Numbered from the stretch's first letter, positions 1-10,669 are shown. The stretch is 64,000 nucleotides of DNA from an uncultured Arcobacteraceae bacterium (GCA_964022095.1 CAXHZO010000003.1:160001-224000), one strand, 5' to 3'. The notes: generated by a model from the letters alone, not told the origin. Translations and numbers: made by a program.

Positions 1-157
1 GTACATCTAATCCTATGTCCTCATAAAAGCCTTTTTCTTTTGCTATATAAAATCCTGAAAATTGGAATTGATGTTTCCAATTTAATTGAACAGTGATTTT
101 TTGAGATGAAGCATTTAGAAAATTTAGTAGAAAAAGTAATATAAAAATTAATTTCAT
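1..157 (-). CDS. N-terminal part of an NMT1/THI5-type periplasmic-binding-domain protein, probably a sensor; runs off the window edge
   Basis: Not in ORF track. Reverse strand from ATG at 157 reads MKLIFILLFLLNFLNASSQKITVQLNWKHQFQFSGFYIAKEKGFYEDIGLDV: a signal peptide plus the WKHQFQF..GFY.AKEKGFY motif. Confidence 0.8.
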   Translation of the reverse strand, partial: MKLIFILLFLLNFLNASSQKITVQLNWKHQFQFSGFYIAKEKGFYEDIGLDV

Positions 158-237
158 TAGAATCTCTTTATTTATCAATCTATTTACTTCTATTTTACAA
201 TAAATTATATTTATTTATACTCTGTTATAATGTTTTT

Positions 238-822
238 ATGAATTATAATGATATTGAAGAATTAAATCTTAGTAATCAAAACCTAAATGAAGTACCAAAA
301 GAAGTTTTTTCTTTTGTAAATTTAAAAAGACTCTATTTATATAACAACAATATAAAACATATTTCAAATAAAATAATAAATTTTACAAAATTAGAGTGTC
401 TAGATTTAAGAGCCAATTGTCTAGATAAACTTCCTTTTGAAATAGGGGAGTTGAAAAATTTGAAAACACTTTATTTATCAAACAATCAAATCAAAGATTT
501 ACCCTCAAGTTTTAAGAAACTTGTCAAGTTAAATAAACTAATTTATATCAATAATGAATTAGAAAAAGTACCTGATTGTATATATTCTTTAACATCACTT
601 GAACGTCTTATTTTAAGAGATAATAAAATTAATATAATAGATGAAAAGATAAAATCAATAGAATCATTGAAAAATTTAGATTTAAAAAATAATCATTTAT
701 CTTCAATACCTATTGAGATATTAAAGCTAAAAAGACTAAGAAGTCTATCTTTACAAAATAATAGAATAACTAAACTATGTTTTAAAATCACAGATTTTGA
801 AAATTTGAAACAACTTAATTAA
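238..822 (+). CDS. Leucine-rich repeat protein (about 8 repeats of 23 aa)
   Basis: Repeated LxxLxLxxNxI/LxxLP units; no signal peptide; TGTTATAAT extended -10 just upstream. Confidence 0.85.
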   Translation: MNYNDIEELNLSNQNLNEVPKEVFSFVNLKRLYLYNNNIKHISNKIINFTKLECLDLRANCLDKLPFEIGELKNLKTLYLSNNQIKDLPSSFKKLVKLNKLIYINNELEKVPDCIYSLTSLERLILRDNKINIIDEKIKSIESLKNLDLKNNHLSSIPIEILKLKRLRSLSLQNNRITKLCFKITDFENLKQLN

Positions 823-866
823 GAAAACTACTTAAGTTAATTATAATATAGAAAAAAGATAAATTT

Positions 867-3485
867 ATGAATAAAATTTTATTTATTTTCTTATTACCAT
901 TATTAGTTTTTGCAAATACTATTTTCAATGAAGAAGAACTACTTTATATTGAAAATAAAAAAACTATTTTAGTTTCAAATGAGTATGATTATGAACCATA
1001 TGATTATAATATTGATGGAAAAGCTTTAGGTTTTTCTATTGAATTATTAGAGCTGATACTAAAAGATACTGGATTGAAAATAAAGTATATAACTAAACCT
1101 TGGGATGAACTTCTTAAAGATTTACAGAATAATAAACTTGATTTAATTCACACAATTTATAAAACTCAAGAAAGAGAAAAAATATTCTCTTATTCTATTG
1201 GATACTCAAAATCTTCAAATAATTATATAACAAGAAAAGATACAAATAATATTTCAAGTGTGAAGGATTTATTTGGGAAAAAAGTAGGTATTTCAAAAAG
1301 TTGGAGTGACGAGGTTTTTTTTAATAATTATCCAAAAATCACAAAAGTTTATTATGAAAGTTTAGAAGATAAATTAAAAGCATTAAGTGTAGGTGAAATT
1401 GATGCTATTATAAATAGTGCTAATGTAGCTAATTATTACATAAAAAAATATGGTTATAACCTCTTAAAAGTTAATTCTATAATAAAAGATGAATTTGCAA
1501 ATAAATTAAATGACCACTATTTTGTTTCTAATATAGATAATCCAATATTAATATCAATTATAAATAAATCGTATAAAAGCTTATCCTTAGATCAAATTAT
1601 TAAATTAAATCAAAAGTGGTTTGGAGAGATTGATTCTCGAATAGACCTTACAATTGAAGAACAAAAATATCTAAATGAAAAAGTATTTATAAACTTATGT
1701 ATAGACCCAAATTGGAAGCCACTAGAATTTTTTAATAAAGATGGCAAACACGATGGTATGAGTTCAGACTATTTTAAACTTTTTTCAAAAATTTTAGATG
1801 TAGATTTTAATGTAATAAATTCAAAATCTTGGAATCAAACTCTATCTTATGTTAAAAATAAAAAGTGTGACATTGTATCTTTTGCAATGGAAACTAAAAA
1901 TAGAAAAGAGTATTTAAATTTCACTACACCATATTTAGAATTACCTTTAGTAGTCGCAACAAAAAATGATATTCCTTTTATTGAAGACATTGAGTATTTT
2001 ATACATAAACCAATTGGAGTTATAAAAAACTATGCTGTTGGAGAAATATTAAAAGAGAAATATCCTGAAATGAATATAGTTGAAGTTAAAGATATGCAAG
2101 AGGCTATGAGAAAACTATCAAAGGGTGAAATCTTTGGTTATATTGACACTTTACCTACAATAAGTGCATTTTTTCAAAGTTCCCAAAATAATGAAATAAA
2201 AATTGCTGGTAAGGTAGATTTAACTTGGGAATTAGGAATTGCAGTTAGGAATGACGACAAATTACTATTAGAAATTTTAGAAAAAGTTATTACAAAAGTT
2301 ACTCAAGAAGAAAAAAGGGAAATTCTAAATAAATGGATATCTATTAAATATGAAAAAGCTACAGATTATAAATTAGTATGGAAAATATTAGCAATTTCAG
2401 TTTTAGTGGTTTTACTTTTTATTTATCGACAATATTTATTAAGAAGGTCACTAAATGATTTCACCAAATTAATTGATTCAACCTTAGAAGCTATTATAAT
2501 TTTTAAAAACAATAAATGTATTGATGCAAATAAAAGTGCATTAAAAATATTTGATTATGACTCAAAAAATAGTATAAAAGGAAAATCTATATATGATTTT
2601 ATTAGTGATAAATCCAAGACAGTTTTACAAAATAAGATTAATAATTCTATAAATATTCCTTTTGAGCTTTTTGCTAAAAAAAGTTCTTCTAAAGATTTTA
2701 ACGCATTAATAAATTATTATGAAATAAAAGATAAGAATATTTTTGTTTTAAGTGTAGTTGACATTACAAATTTAAAAGAGTTAGAAGCTTCAACTAAAAG
2801 AGCTCAAATGGGTGAAATGATAGAAAATATTGCACATCAATGGAGACAACCTTTAAGTACTATTTCTACAGTAGCTTCAAATATTAGTTTTTCACATAAA
2901 ATGGATATTAAACAAGATATGAATTATGTTGCACTTAGTATGGATAAAATTGTTAAAACCACTACATATTTATCTGATACTATTAATACTTTTCAAAACT
3001 TTTTAAAAGAAAAAAAAGAGCTTAAAAAAGTTGTTCTTCAAGATAGAATAAAAATTGCAACAGATATTGTCGCTGGGTCTTTAATAAACTATAATATTGA
3101 ATTAAAAAAACAAATTCCAAGTGAGCCTATGGAAATATATTTATATGCAGGAGAGTTAAGTCAAGTTTTAATTAATATTTTAAATAATGCAAAAGATGTG
3201 ATAAAACATAGAGAAATTGAAAATCCATGGATTGAAATAAAGCTAGAAAAATGTGAAGAAAAAGTAAAAATTACTATTGAAGATAATGCACAAGGTATTG
3301 AAGATAATATTATTAATAAAATCTTTGATCCATATTTTACAACAAAACATTCATCACAAGGTACAGGTCTTGGACTACATATGAGTTATAGAATAATAAC
3401 TGAAAGTTTAAAGGGTAAACTTAGTGTTTCAAATACGAAAAATGGTGCATTGTTCACAATTGAACTACCAGTTCACAAGAGTTGA
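867..3485 (+). CDS. Sensor histidine kinase with two periplasmic solute-binding (PBPb) domains and a PAS-like domain (BvgS/EvgS-like input)
   Basis: Signal peptide; two PBPb repeats (DYEPYDY..., DPNWKPLEF...); TM; H-box IAHQWRQPL; DPYFTTK and GTGLGL boxes. Confidence 0.88.
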   Translation: MNKILFIFLLPLLVFANTIFNEEELLYIENKKTILVSNEYDYEPYDYNIDGKALGFSIELLELILKDTGLKIKYITKPWDELLKDLQNNKLDLIHTIYKTQEREKIFSYSIGYSKSSNNYITRKDTNNISSVKDLFGKKVGISKSWSDEVFFNNYPKITKVYYESLEDKLKALSVGEIDAIINSANVANYYIKKYGYNLLKVNSIIKDEFANKLNDHYFVSNIDNPILISIINKSYKSLSLDQIIKLNQKWFGEIDSRIDLTIEEQKYLNEKVFINLCIDPNWKPLEFFNKDGKHDGMSSDYFKLFSKILDVDFNVINSKSWNQTLSYVKNKKCDIVSFAMETKNRKEYLNFTTPYLELPLVVATKNDIPFIEDIEYFIHKPIGVIKNYAVGEILKEKYPEMNIVEVKDMQEAMRKLSKGEIFGYIDTLPTISAFFQSSQNNEIKIAGKVDLTWELGIAVRNDDKLLLEILEKVITKVTQEEKREILNKWISIKYEKATDYKLVWKILAISVLVVLLFIYRQYLLRRSLNDFTKLIDSTLEAIIIFKNNKCIDANKSALKIFDYDSKNSIKGKSIYDFISDKSKTVLQNKINNSINIPFELFAKKSSSKDFNALINYYEIKDKNIFVLSVVDITNLKELEASTKRAQMGEMIENIAHQWRQPLSTISTVASNISFSHKMDIKQDMNYVALSMDKIVKTTTYLSDTINTFQNFLKEKKELKKVVLQDRIKIATDIVAGSLINYNIELKKQIPSEPMEIYLYAGELSQVLINILNNAKDVIKHREIENPWIEIKLEKCEEKVKITIEDNAQGIEDNIINKIFDPYFTTKHSSQGTGLGLHMSYRIITESLKGKLSVSNTKNGALFTIELPVHKS

Positions 3486-3487
3486 TT

Positions 3488-4156
3488 TTATAACTTTTGA
3501 TAAATACCAAAAAAGTGAGGAACACTTGGCTCTTGAGTATCATCATATGCTAAGAAGCTAATCTCTTGTAGTTTATCAATATTTACAAATTCATCCATCT
3601 CTTTTTTACTTAATGGAAGAGGAATAGCACTTTCCTTTTCACCTTCATTTCTACTTCTACAAGAAACTAAAATATAGCCTTCTTTTGAAATAAGTGAGCT
3701 CATCGCAACTCTAGCTTTTTTTCTATATTCCCCTGGAAGTACTTGAATAGTATTACACTCATAAACTACATCAAATTTTTCAAACCACTCTTTAGGATAA
3801 TTAAATAAATCAGCAACTTCATAAGTGACTTTTGTATTTGGATATCTGTTTTTACATAATTCAATGGCACTAGGCGAAATATCAAAAGCCGTAACTTCAA
3901 ATCCAAATTCACTTAAAGCTTCTGCATCATCGCCAACACCACATCCAATTACACAAGCTTTTTTATTCATTTTTGTAATAATATTTTGTTTTAACCAATT
4001 TAGTAAATAAGGACTTGGTTCTAAATCTGCCCAAAAGACTTTTTTATAATCACCTTTTGCTCCTTGATAAATACTATCAAACCACCCCGTTGGGTCATTT
4101 TTTTCTTGGTAAGACTTTACCATTTTTACATATTCATCAAAGTTAAAATCTTCCAT
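3488..4156 (-). CDS. Class I SAM-dependent methyltransferase (TPMT-like)
   Basis: VIGCGVGDDA motif I and AFDISPSAI motif. Confidence 0.85.
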   Translation of the reverse strand: MEDFNFDEYVKMVKSYQEKNDPTGWFDSIYQGAKGDYKKVFWADLEPSPYLLNWLKQNIITKMNKKACVIGCGVGDDAEALSEFGFEVTAFDISPSAIELCKNRYPNTKVTYEVADLFNYPKEWFEKFDVVYECNTIQVLPGEYRKKARVAMSSLISKEGYILVSCRSRNEGEKESAIPLPLSKKEMDEFVNIDKLQEISFLAYDDTQEPSVPHFFGIYQKL

Positions 4157-4168
4157 TTTCTTTTCCTT

Positions 4169-4957
4169 TTAGATTTCTATTTCAATTCCAATAGGACAGT
4201 GGTCACTTCCCATAACTTCATCTAAAATGAAAGCATCTTTTACAAATTCTTTTAAATCTTCACTTACATAAAAATAATCAATTCTCCAGCCAACATTATT
4301 TGCTCTTGCATTTGCTCTGTATGACCACCACGAATATTTATCTTTGATATCACCATTTATAAGTCTAAAAGTATCAACATACCCATGGTCTAAAAATTTA
4401 GTAATCCAATCTCTCTCCATTGGTAAGAAACCTGATGTTTTTTCATTTGCTTTTGGTCTAGCGATATCTATTTCAGTGTGTGCTGTGTTTACATCTCCAC
4501 ATACGATGATAGATTTTCCTTCTTTTTTTAGATTCTCACAATGAGCTAAAAATCTATCATAGAATTCCATTTTATAAACAAGTCTTTCTTCTTTTGATTG
4601 ACCATTTGGAAAATATACATTAAAAAATGCAATATCTTTATCTCCTAGTGTAAAATGAACTTCGTTTATTCTTCCTTCATCTAAGATATCTACACTTGGA
4701 CAATTACACTCAAAAGTAGGTTCAATATCCGTAAAAAGTGCAGTTCCACTTCTACCTTTTATCTTTGATTCACTTGCAAATAGTGTGTTGTAATTTTTTT
4801 CAAAAATTGAATCAGGGATTTGTGATTTCATTGATTTTGTTTCTTGAATTCCTAGTAAATCAATATTTGCTTCATCAACCCATTTTAAAGCTTCTTTTTT
4901 ATCAACTGCTCTAATTCCATTTACATTCCATGAAATAAATTTATATCTTTGTGCCAT
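4169..4957 (-). CDS. xth: Exodeoxyribonuclease III / AP endonuclease
   Basis: SWNVNGIRA, QETK, GDVNTAH, GWRIDY and GSDHCP motifs. Confidence 0.95.
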   Translation of the reverse strand: MAQRYKFISWNVNGIRAVDKKEALKWVDEANIDLLGIQETKSMKSQIPDSIFEKNYNTLFASESKIKGRSGTALFTDIEPTFECNCPSVDILDEGRINEVHFTLGDKDIAFFNVYFPNGQSKEERLVYKMEFYDRFLAHCENLKKEGKSIIVCGDVNTAHTEIDIARPKANEKTSGFLPMERDWITKFLDHGYVDTFRLINGDIKDKYSWWSYRANARANNVGWRIDYFYVSEDLKEFVKDAFILDEVMGSDHCPIGIEIEI

Positions 4958-5220
4958 TATTTAGTCTCTTCCTTTATCTTTTTTTCTTCTTTGTCAGTTT
5001 TTTCTTTTTGTTTTATAAGTGGAGTTGGTGCAACAGGTGATAATGGTTTGGGAATATTTCCTAAAGACTTTAATTCTCCACTCCCTAGGCTTGATTCTCC
5101 CATGAGTTTTTCTCCTTTTCCACCGTGCATATCAATTTTTCCACTGTTTTGTTCAGTAAAAGAGTAGTTTGCATATAAAATATTTGCTATAAATATAGTA
5201 ACTATTAGTAATGTTTTCAT
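4957..5220 (-). CDS. Small secreted hypothetical protein
   Basis: Signal-peptide-like N-terminus; AAGGA RBS; stop overlaps the xth start. Confidence 0.65.
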   Translation of the reverse strand: MKTLLIVTIFIANILYANYSFTEQNSGKIDMHGGKGEKLMGESSLGSGELKSLGNIPKPLSPVAPTPLIKQKEKTDKEEKKIKEETK

Positions 5221-5314
5221 ATTTTTTCCTTTTTTAAAGATTTTGATTATAACCCTTTTTTGATAATAAAGGCTTTATTGGGTATTTTCTTTTTATTATA
5301 AATAGGATTATTAT

Positions 5315-6031
5315 ATGTTAGAGTTATTATTAGGACTTATTACTTTTTTTACATCAACTATTACTGCTGTTGTAGGACTTGGTGGAGGAATGATGTTAAT
5401 AGCAATTATGCCATCTTTTTTACCAATAAATGCAGTAATTCCCATACATGGATTAACTCAATTATCAAGCAATTTTAGCAGAGCTTTCTTTGGATATAAA
5501 GATATTCAGTATGAAGTAGTTCCAAAGTTTTTAATAGGTTCACTTCTAGGTGTAGGTTTGTTTGCAACTATTGTTAGCCTTATATCTTTAGAATATGTTC
5601 CTTTGTTTATGGGAAGCTATATTTTGCTATCACTTTGGTCAGTTAAATTTAATGAAAAAATTAAAAAATTTGAAAACTATTATTTAATTGGATTTTTTCA
5701 AAGTGGTTTATCTATTGTTGTAGGAGCAACTGGACCGCTTGCAATGACACTACTATTAAAAGATTATGGGGATAAAAACAAAGTTGTAGTTACAGCAGCA
5801 GCTATTATGTGTATTACACATATATTGAAGCTGTTTGTATTTATGTATTTTGGCTTTATATTTTTTGATTATATTGGGATTATTCTTGCTATGATTATTG
5901 GTGCAGTTGTTGGTAGTTGGGCTGGTACTAAATTAAGAGATAAAGTTGATGGAGCTAAATTTACTATTATTTTAAAAGTATTACTTTCTGCACTTGCTAT
6001 TAAGATTATTATTACAGCACTCATAATTTAA
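5315..6031 (+). CDS. TSUP (TauE/SafE) family membrane protein
   Basis: GLGGGMML motif, multiple TMs, GAVVGSWAG second-repeat motif. Confidence 0.85.
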   Translation: MLELLLGLITFFTSTITAVVGLGGGMMLIAIMPSFLPINAVIPIHGLTQLSSNFSRAFFGYKDIQYEVVPKFLIGSLLGVGLFATIVSLISLEYVPLFMGSYILLSLWSVKFNEKIKKFENYYLIGFFQSGLSIVVGATGPLAMTLLLKDYGDKNKVVVTAAAIMCITHILKLFVFMYFGFIFFDYIGIILAMIIGAVVGSWAGTKLRDKVDGAKFTIILKVLLSALAIKIIITALII

Positions 6032-6062
6032 GTGAATATTTTGTTCAAATATGTTTTACTTA

Positions 6063-6079
6063 TGAAACAATTTTGAAAC
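6063..6079 (+). promoter_or_regulatory. Direct-repeat box TGAAACAATTTTGAAAC upstream of the kinase gene
   Basis: 17 bp identical to 9482-9498; 11-bp period typical of OmpR-family sites. Confidence 0.65.
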
Positions 6080-6104
6080 TTTAGTTGATTGTTTAGGAAG
6101 AACT

Positions 6105-8714
6105 ATGCTTAAAAAAAATGAGAAAAGATACACTTTAGAATATATTCAAAAACTATTTTCTCAAATTCCTGCAATTTTTATACTTGTATTAGCTACATTC
6201 GTGATATTAATTACATATTTTATTTTGGATACAAAAGAGAAAAGAGAAATAGATTTATTAAAACAAAAGACTTTTTTAAATGAAAAGTTCTCTAAAAAAC
6301 AATATTTAGAAAGATTTAGATTACAAGTTTATAAACAACTAAAAAAAAGCTTCTTAGATGAAGAAATCCTTTTAAAAAAAGTTACATATAAAGCAAGTGG
6401 ATATTTAGAATCAAACTCAGCAAATAAGTTTGAGATTTTAAGTGATTATTTTAAATCTTTAGAAGTTGAAAATGGTGTTGAAATAGTAGTTTTTACAAAA
6501 GACAATCTAAATATTTTATATGGAAAATCTTCTATAAAATATCTAGAAAAACTAATTTTCAACTCAAATGATAAAGTACATGAAAATATCACTTTGCAAT
6601 ATATCTTATCTCAAGGAAAAGACAATACTCAATACTGGAAAAATGATGATAAAAAAACAGTTAGATTGAGTTTTTTTGATATGATAAATATTTCTGGATA
6701 CGAGTATTATATAGGTTCTTTTTCAACTATAAACTCTATTAGAAAGATTACAAAAGATTCTATTTTAAATAGTATTATTAAAAATGATTCTAAGGTTTGG
6801 TTTTACGATACTATAACTCAAGAGACTTTTAATTTTGAAAATAAAAAGAAATATAAACAATCAAACTCTGTTTTACAAAATAAAACTCAATCTTTATCTT
6901 TTGAAATTTTAGAACATTATTTCAAAGACTTAGAATATACTTCAAAGTTTGATGAGAATAGCTATTTTTATCACAAATTTAATTTTTTGATAGTTAATTT
7001 TTATGATGAAAAAAGAGTAGAAAACTCAATTCTTGGAGATATTTCTAATATAAAAAAAGAGTATCGAAATTGGTTTTTTCAAATACTTGGAATTATAATT
7101 ATTCTTACTAGTATTTTGATTTTATTTACATTTATATTTTCAAACTTTATTGGAAGAATTTTTACTAAATACAATAATGAATTAGAGAATAAAACAGTCT
7201 CTTTAGAGCATTGGAAAAAAAGATTTGAGCTTGCAATTATTGCTTCAAATGACGGATTATGGGATATTGATTTTAAAACTGAGAAAATCTATTTTTCAGA
7301 TAAATGGCTTGAAATGTTTGGCTATAAAGAAGATGAAGTTAAAACATTTTCACATTGGTTTGAATTAATTCATAATGAAGATAGACCAAATGTGGAAAAT
7401 TTATTTTCAAAAATATTTTCAAAAGCAGATGATACTTTTATTTGTGAGTATAGATTAAAAACAAAAACAGAAGGGTTTAAGTGGGTTCTTGCACGTGGTA
7501 AGTCATTTGTAAGTGAAGATGGTGAACTTGATAGAATGCTTATGATGTCAATGGATATTGATAAAAATAAAAGACTAAAAAAAGAGCTTTTAGATGTTGA
7601 GTTACTTGTAGAAGATGGGAAAATTGTAATTTTCAAACTTGTAAATGATAAGAAATTAACTGTTAAATATATTTCAAATAGTATTAAAAATTTTGGATTT
7701 AATAAAAAAGAGTTTGAATCAGGTGAACAAAATATTATGAACCTAATTCATAAAGATGATGTAAATAAATTTCAAGTTGCTATAAATGCAGCACTTAAAA
7801 ATGATTTACAAAACTTCACAGTTGATTGTAGAGTTAAAAATGCGGATAATAAAACTAGATGGATTTCAACTAGAGTTATTTTGATTAAAAACCATTCTGG
7901 TGAAGTTAGTCATTTTTATGGATATATAAATGATATTACAAAAATAAAACTAAGTGAGCAAGAATTAAAAATAAAAGTAGAAGATGAAGTTAAAAAAAAT
8001 AGACAAAAAGACAGAATCTTAATTCAACAAAATAAATTAGCTTCAATGGGTGAGATGTTGGGAAATATTGCTCACCAGTGGAGACAACCTTTAAATAACA
8101 TATCTTTAATACTTCATTTTTTAAGGGATAATTATAAAAATGAAAAAGTAAGTGAAGAGCAAATTGACAAGTTTATGAATAGAGCTAATAAGCATATAGA
8201 ATATATGAGTGAAACTATTGATGATTTTAGAAACTTTTATAAACCTTCAAAATCAAAAGATAAATTTTCTATAAAAGATTGTATTGACACTTTGCTTTAT
8301 ATGGTAAAAAATCAGTTTGAAGATGAAGGTATCAAGATAAATTTCCAATGTAATGATGTAAAGATTTTAAATTATGAAAATGAACTAAAACAAGCACTAT
8401 TGAATATCTTAAATAATGCAAAAGATGCACTACTATCAAAAAAACAAAAAGAAGACTTTGAAGCAACAATAGATATTAAAACTCTAGTTGAAGATAACAA
8501 GTTATTAATTGAAATTTTAAATAATGGTGATTTAATTGATGAAAATATTATTGATAGAATATTTGAGCCATACTTTACAACTAAGTTTGAAGATCAAGGG
8601 ACTGGAATAGGGCTTTATATGACTAAGTCAATTGTTGAAACTAATATGAAAGGTAAAATAGAAGTAGAGAATATTTCAAGTGGTGTTAAATTTACTATTA
8701 CTTTAAGTATTTGA
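6105..8714 (+). CDS. Sensor histidine kinase with a large periplasmic domain and two PAS domains
   Basis: Two TMs; PAS (ASNDGLWDIDF...KWVLARG); H-box IAHQWRQPL; EPYFTTK; GTGIGL. Confidence 0.9.
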   Translation: MLKKNEKRYTLEYIQKLFSQIPAIFILVLATFVILITYFILDTKEKREIDLLKQKTFLNEKFSKKQYLERFRLQVYKQLKKSFLDEEILLKKVTYKASGYLESNSANKFEILSDYFKSLEVENGVEIVVFTKDNLNILYGKSSIKYLEKLIFNSNDKVHENITLQYILSQGKDNTQYWKNDDKKTVRLSFFDMINISGYEYYIGSFSTINSIRKITKDSILNSIIKNDSKVWFYDTITQETFNFENKKKYKQSNSVLQNKTQSLSFEILEHYFKDLEYTSKFDENSYFYHKFNFLIVNFYDEKRVENSILGDISNIKKEYRNWFFQILGIIIILTSILILFTFIFSNFIGRIFTKYNNELENKTVSLEHWKKRFELAIIASNDGLWDIDFKTEKIYFSDKWLEMFGYKEDEVKTFSHWFELIHNEDRPNVENLFSKIFSKADDTFICEYRLKTKTEGFKWVLARGKSFVSEDGELDRMLMMSMDIDKNKRLKKELLDVELLVEDGKIVIFKLVNDKKLTVKYISNSIKNFGFNKKEFESGEQNIMNLIHKDDVNKFQVAINAALKNDLQNFTVDCRVKNADNKTRWISTRVILIKNHSGEVSHFYGYINDITKIKLSEQELKIKVEDEVKKNRQKDRILIQQNKLASMGEMLGNIAHQWRQPLNNISLILHFLRDNYKNEKVSEEQIDKFMNRANKHIEYMSETIDDFRNFYKPSKSKDKFSIKDCIDTLLYMVKNQFEDEGIKINFQCNDVKILNYENELKQALLNILNNAKDALLSKKQKEDFEATIDIKTLVEDNKLLIEILNNGDLIDENIIDRIFEPYFTTKFEDQGTGIGLYMTKSIVETNMKGKIEVENISSGVKFTITLSI

Positions 8715-8730
8715 TATAAAAAGGTTTAAA

Positions 8731-9435
8731 ATGAATGAAATAATTACAAGAGTTTTATTAGTAGAAGATGAAGAAGATGCAAGAGAAATACTAAGTTTTT
8801 ATTTAGATACTATTTTTGATGAAGTACAAATAGCTTGTGATGGACAAGAAGGGTTAGAATTTTATAAAAAATACAATGATGAAAATAAAACATTTGATTT
8901 AGTATTAACAGACATAAAAATGCCAAATAAAGATGGCCTTAGTATGATAGATGATATAACTGCAATAAATGGTAATCAAAAATTTATTATTGTTTCTGCA
9001 TATAAAGATGAAGAGTATTTATTTAGATCAATTGGATTAAATGTAATTTCATATTTTGTAAAACCATTAGAAGTTAAAAATATTATGGAGCTTCTAAAAA
9101 AAGTAAAATCTAAAGTGTTAGAAGAAAAGTCACAAGAAGAGATTATAGATGAAGTGATAAGTTTAAACTCTGTATACACTTTTAATACAAAAACAAATTT
9201 ACTATATAAAAATGATGAGTTAGTAGATTTATCAAAAAAAGAGACACTTTTAGTTCAAGGACTAATAAAAGATATAAAACAGATAAAAACAAAAGAATTT
9301 TTAAAAGAATTTATCTGGAATGACCCTAAAACTTCAGATGCAACACTAAGAACTGTAATAAAAAGAGTTAAGGATAAAATAGTAGATAATGACTTTATTG
9401 TTTCAAAAAAAGGTTTAGGATATATTATAGAGTAA
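8731..9435 (+). CDS. OmpR-family response regulator
   Basis: LLVEDE, LTDIKMP and KP receiver motifs; C-terminal winged helix (LRTVIKRVKDK...GLGY). Confidence 0.92.
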   Translation: MNEIITRVLLVEDEEDAREILSFYLDTIFDEVQIACDGQEGLEFYKKYNDENKTFDLVLTDIKMPNKDGLSMIDDITAINGNQKFIIVSAYKDEEYLFRSIGLNVISYFVKPLEVKNIMELLKKVKSKVLEEKSQEEIIDEVISLNSVYTFNTKTNLLYKNDELVDLSKKETLLVQGLIKDIKQIKTKEFLKEFIWNDPKTSDATLRTVIKRVKDKIVDNDFIVSKKGLGYIIE

Positions 9436-9481
9436 ATATAAAGTACCTTTTTTAGGTGTTTTATAAACAAATTTCTAAATT

Positions 9482-9524
9482 TGAAACAATTTTGAAACAA
9501 TTTTGTTTCAAAGTATGTTATACT
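9482..9524 (+). promoter_or_regulatory. TAXI operon promoter: TGAAACAA repeats at 11-bp period followed by extended -10 TGnTATACT
   Basis: TGAAACAA at 9482 and 9493, degenerate TGTTTCAA at 9504, -10 at 9519-9524, AAGGAG RBS downstream. Confidence 0.65.
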
Positions 9525-9552
9525 TCTTTATACAATTTAAAGGAGAGATAAC

Positions 9553-10569
9553 ATGTCGAAATTGTCATTATTAAAAAAACTTTTAGTAGGTTCTGCAATT
9601 ACTGCAACTATGATTACAGGTGCTAATGCAGCAAAAGAATCAAAGTACGTAATTGCTACAGCAAGTACAGGTGGGACTTTTTACCCAGTTGGTGTTGGTA
9701 TTGCTACAATTGCTTCATTAAAACTAGCAAAACAGCACAAAACAACTTTTTCTGCAATTACTTCTGCAGGTTCAGCTGAAAATGTAGATATGCTTGAAAA
9801 AGGTGAAGTTAACTTTGCAATTATTCAAGGACTATTTGGTTCTATGGCTTGGCAAGGTAAAGCAAAGTATGATGGTGAAGCTAAGAAAAATCTTAGATCA
9901 ATTAGTATGCTATGGCAAAATGTTGAACAATTTACAATCAAAAATGATTATGTAAAAACTGGCGATATTATGGATTTAAAAAACCTATATGGTGAAAAAA
10001 TCTCAATTGGTGGTAGAAGTTCAGGTTCTAGAGTTTCTTCAGAAATTATTATGGAGTCTTTAGGAATTGATTACACAAAAATGGATGTACAATACTTAGG
10101 ATATACTCCAAGTTCAACTGCTCTTCAAGATGGAAAAATTGATGGTATGAATACTCCATCAGGACCTCCAACATCAGCTGTTACAAATGCATTTGCTTCT
10201 ATTGGAAATGATAAAATTAAAGTATTAGATTTTACTGCTTCTCAATTAGAGCAAATTTCAAATAATTATCCAGTATGGACTCCATTTAAAATTAAAGCTG
10301 GAACTTACCCAGGTCAAGATAAAGATATTAATACTATCGCTCAACCAAACTTATTAGTTGTTACAAAAGATACTCCTGAAGAAACAGTATATCTTTTAAC
10401 AAAAACAATTTATGAAAACTTACCGTTTTTAAACACTGTTCATAAAGCTACAAAAGCAATGGCTATTGATAAAGCAATTGGTGGATTACCAATGCCACTA
10501 CATCCAGGTGCAGCTAGATATTATAAAGAACAAGGTATCAATATTCCTGCAAGTTTAATTGCACAATAA
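9553..10569 (+). CDS. TAXI-family TRAP transporter solute-binding protein
   Basis: IATASTGGTFYPVG, SAGSAENV and PLHPGAARYYKE motifs. Confidence 0.93.
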   Translation: MSKLSLLKKLLVGSAITATMITGANAAKESKYVIATASTGGTFYPVGVGIATIASLKLAKQHKTTFSAITSAGSAENVDMLEKGEVNFAIIQGLFGSMAWQGKAKYDGEAKKNLRSISMLWQNVEQFTIKNDYVKTGDIMDLKNLYGEKISIGGRSSGSRVSSEIIMESLGIDYTKMDVQYLGYTPSSTALQDGKIDGMNTPSGPPTSAVTNAFASIGNDKIKVLDFTASQLEQISNNYPVWTPFKIKAGTYPGQDKDINTIAQPNLLVVTKDTPEETVYLLTKTIYENLPFLNTVHKATKAMAIDKAIGGLPMPLHPGAARYYKEQGINIPASLIAQ

Positions 10570-10579
10570 TTGATTTTTT

Positions 10580-10606
10580 TACCAAGAGAACCCACTTCTC
10601 TTGGTA
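10580..10606 (+). other. Intercistronic hairpin, probably mRNA-stabilising or partially terminating
   Basis: TACCAAGAGAA-CCCAC-TTCTCTTGGTA, perfect 11-bp stem with no downstream U-tract. Confidence 0.6.
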
Positions 10607-10669
10607 TATATTATATATAAGTAATTAATTATTATTTATCTATTTTATATGACTATTTAGGAAGAAGTA

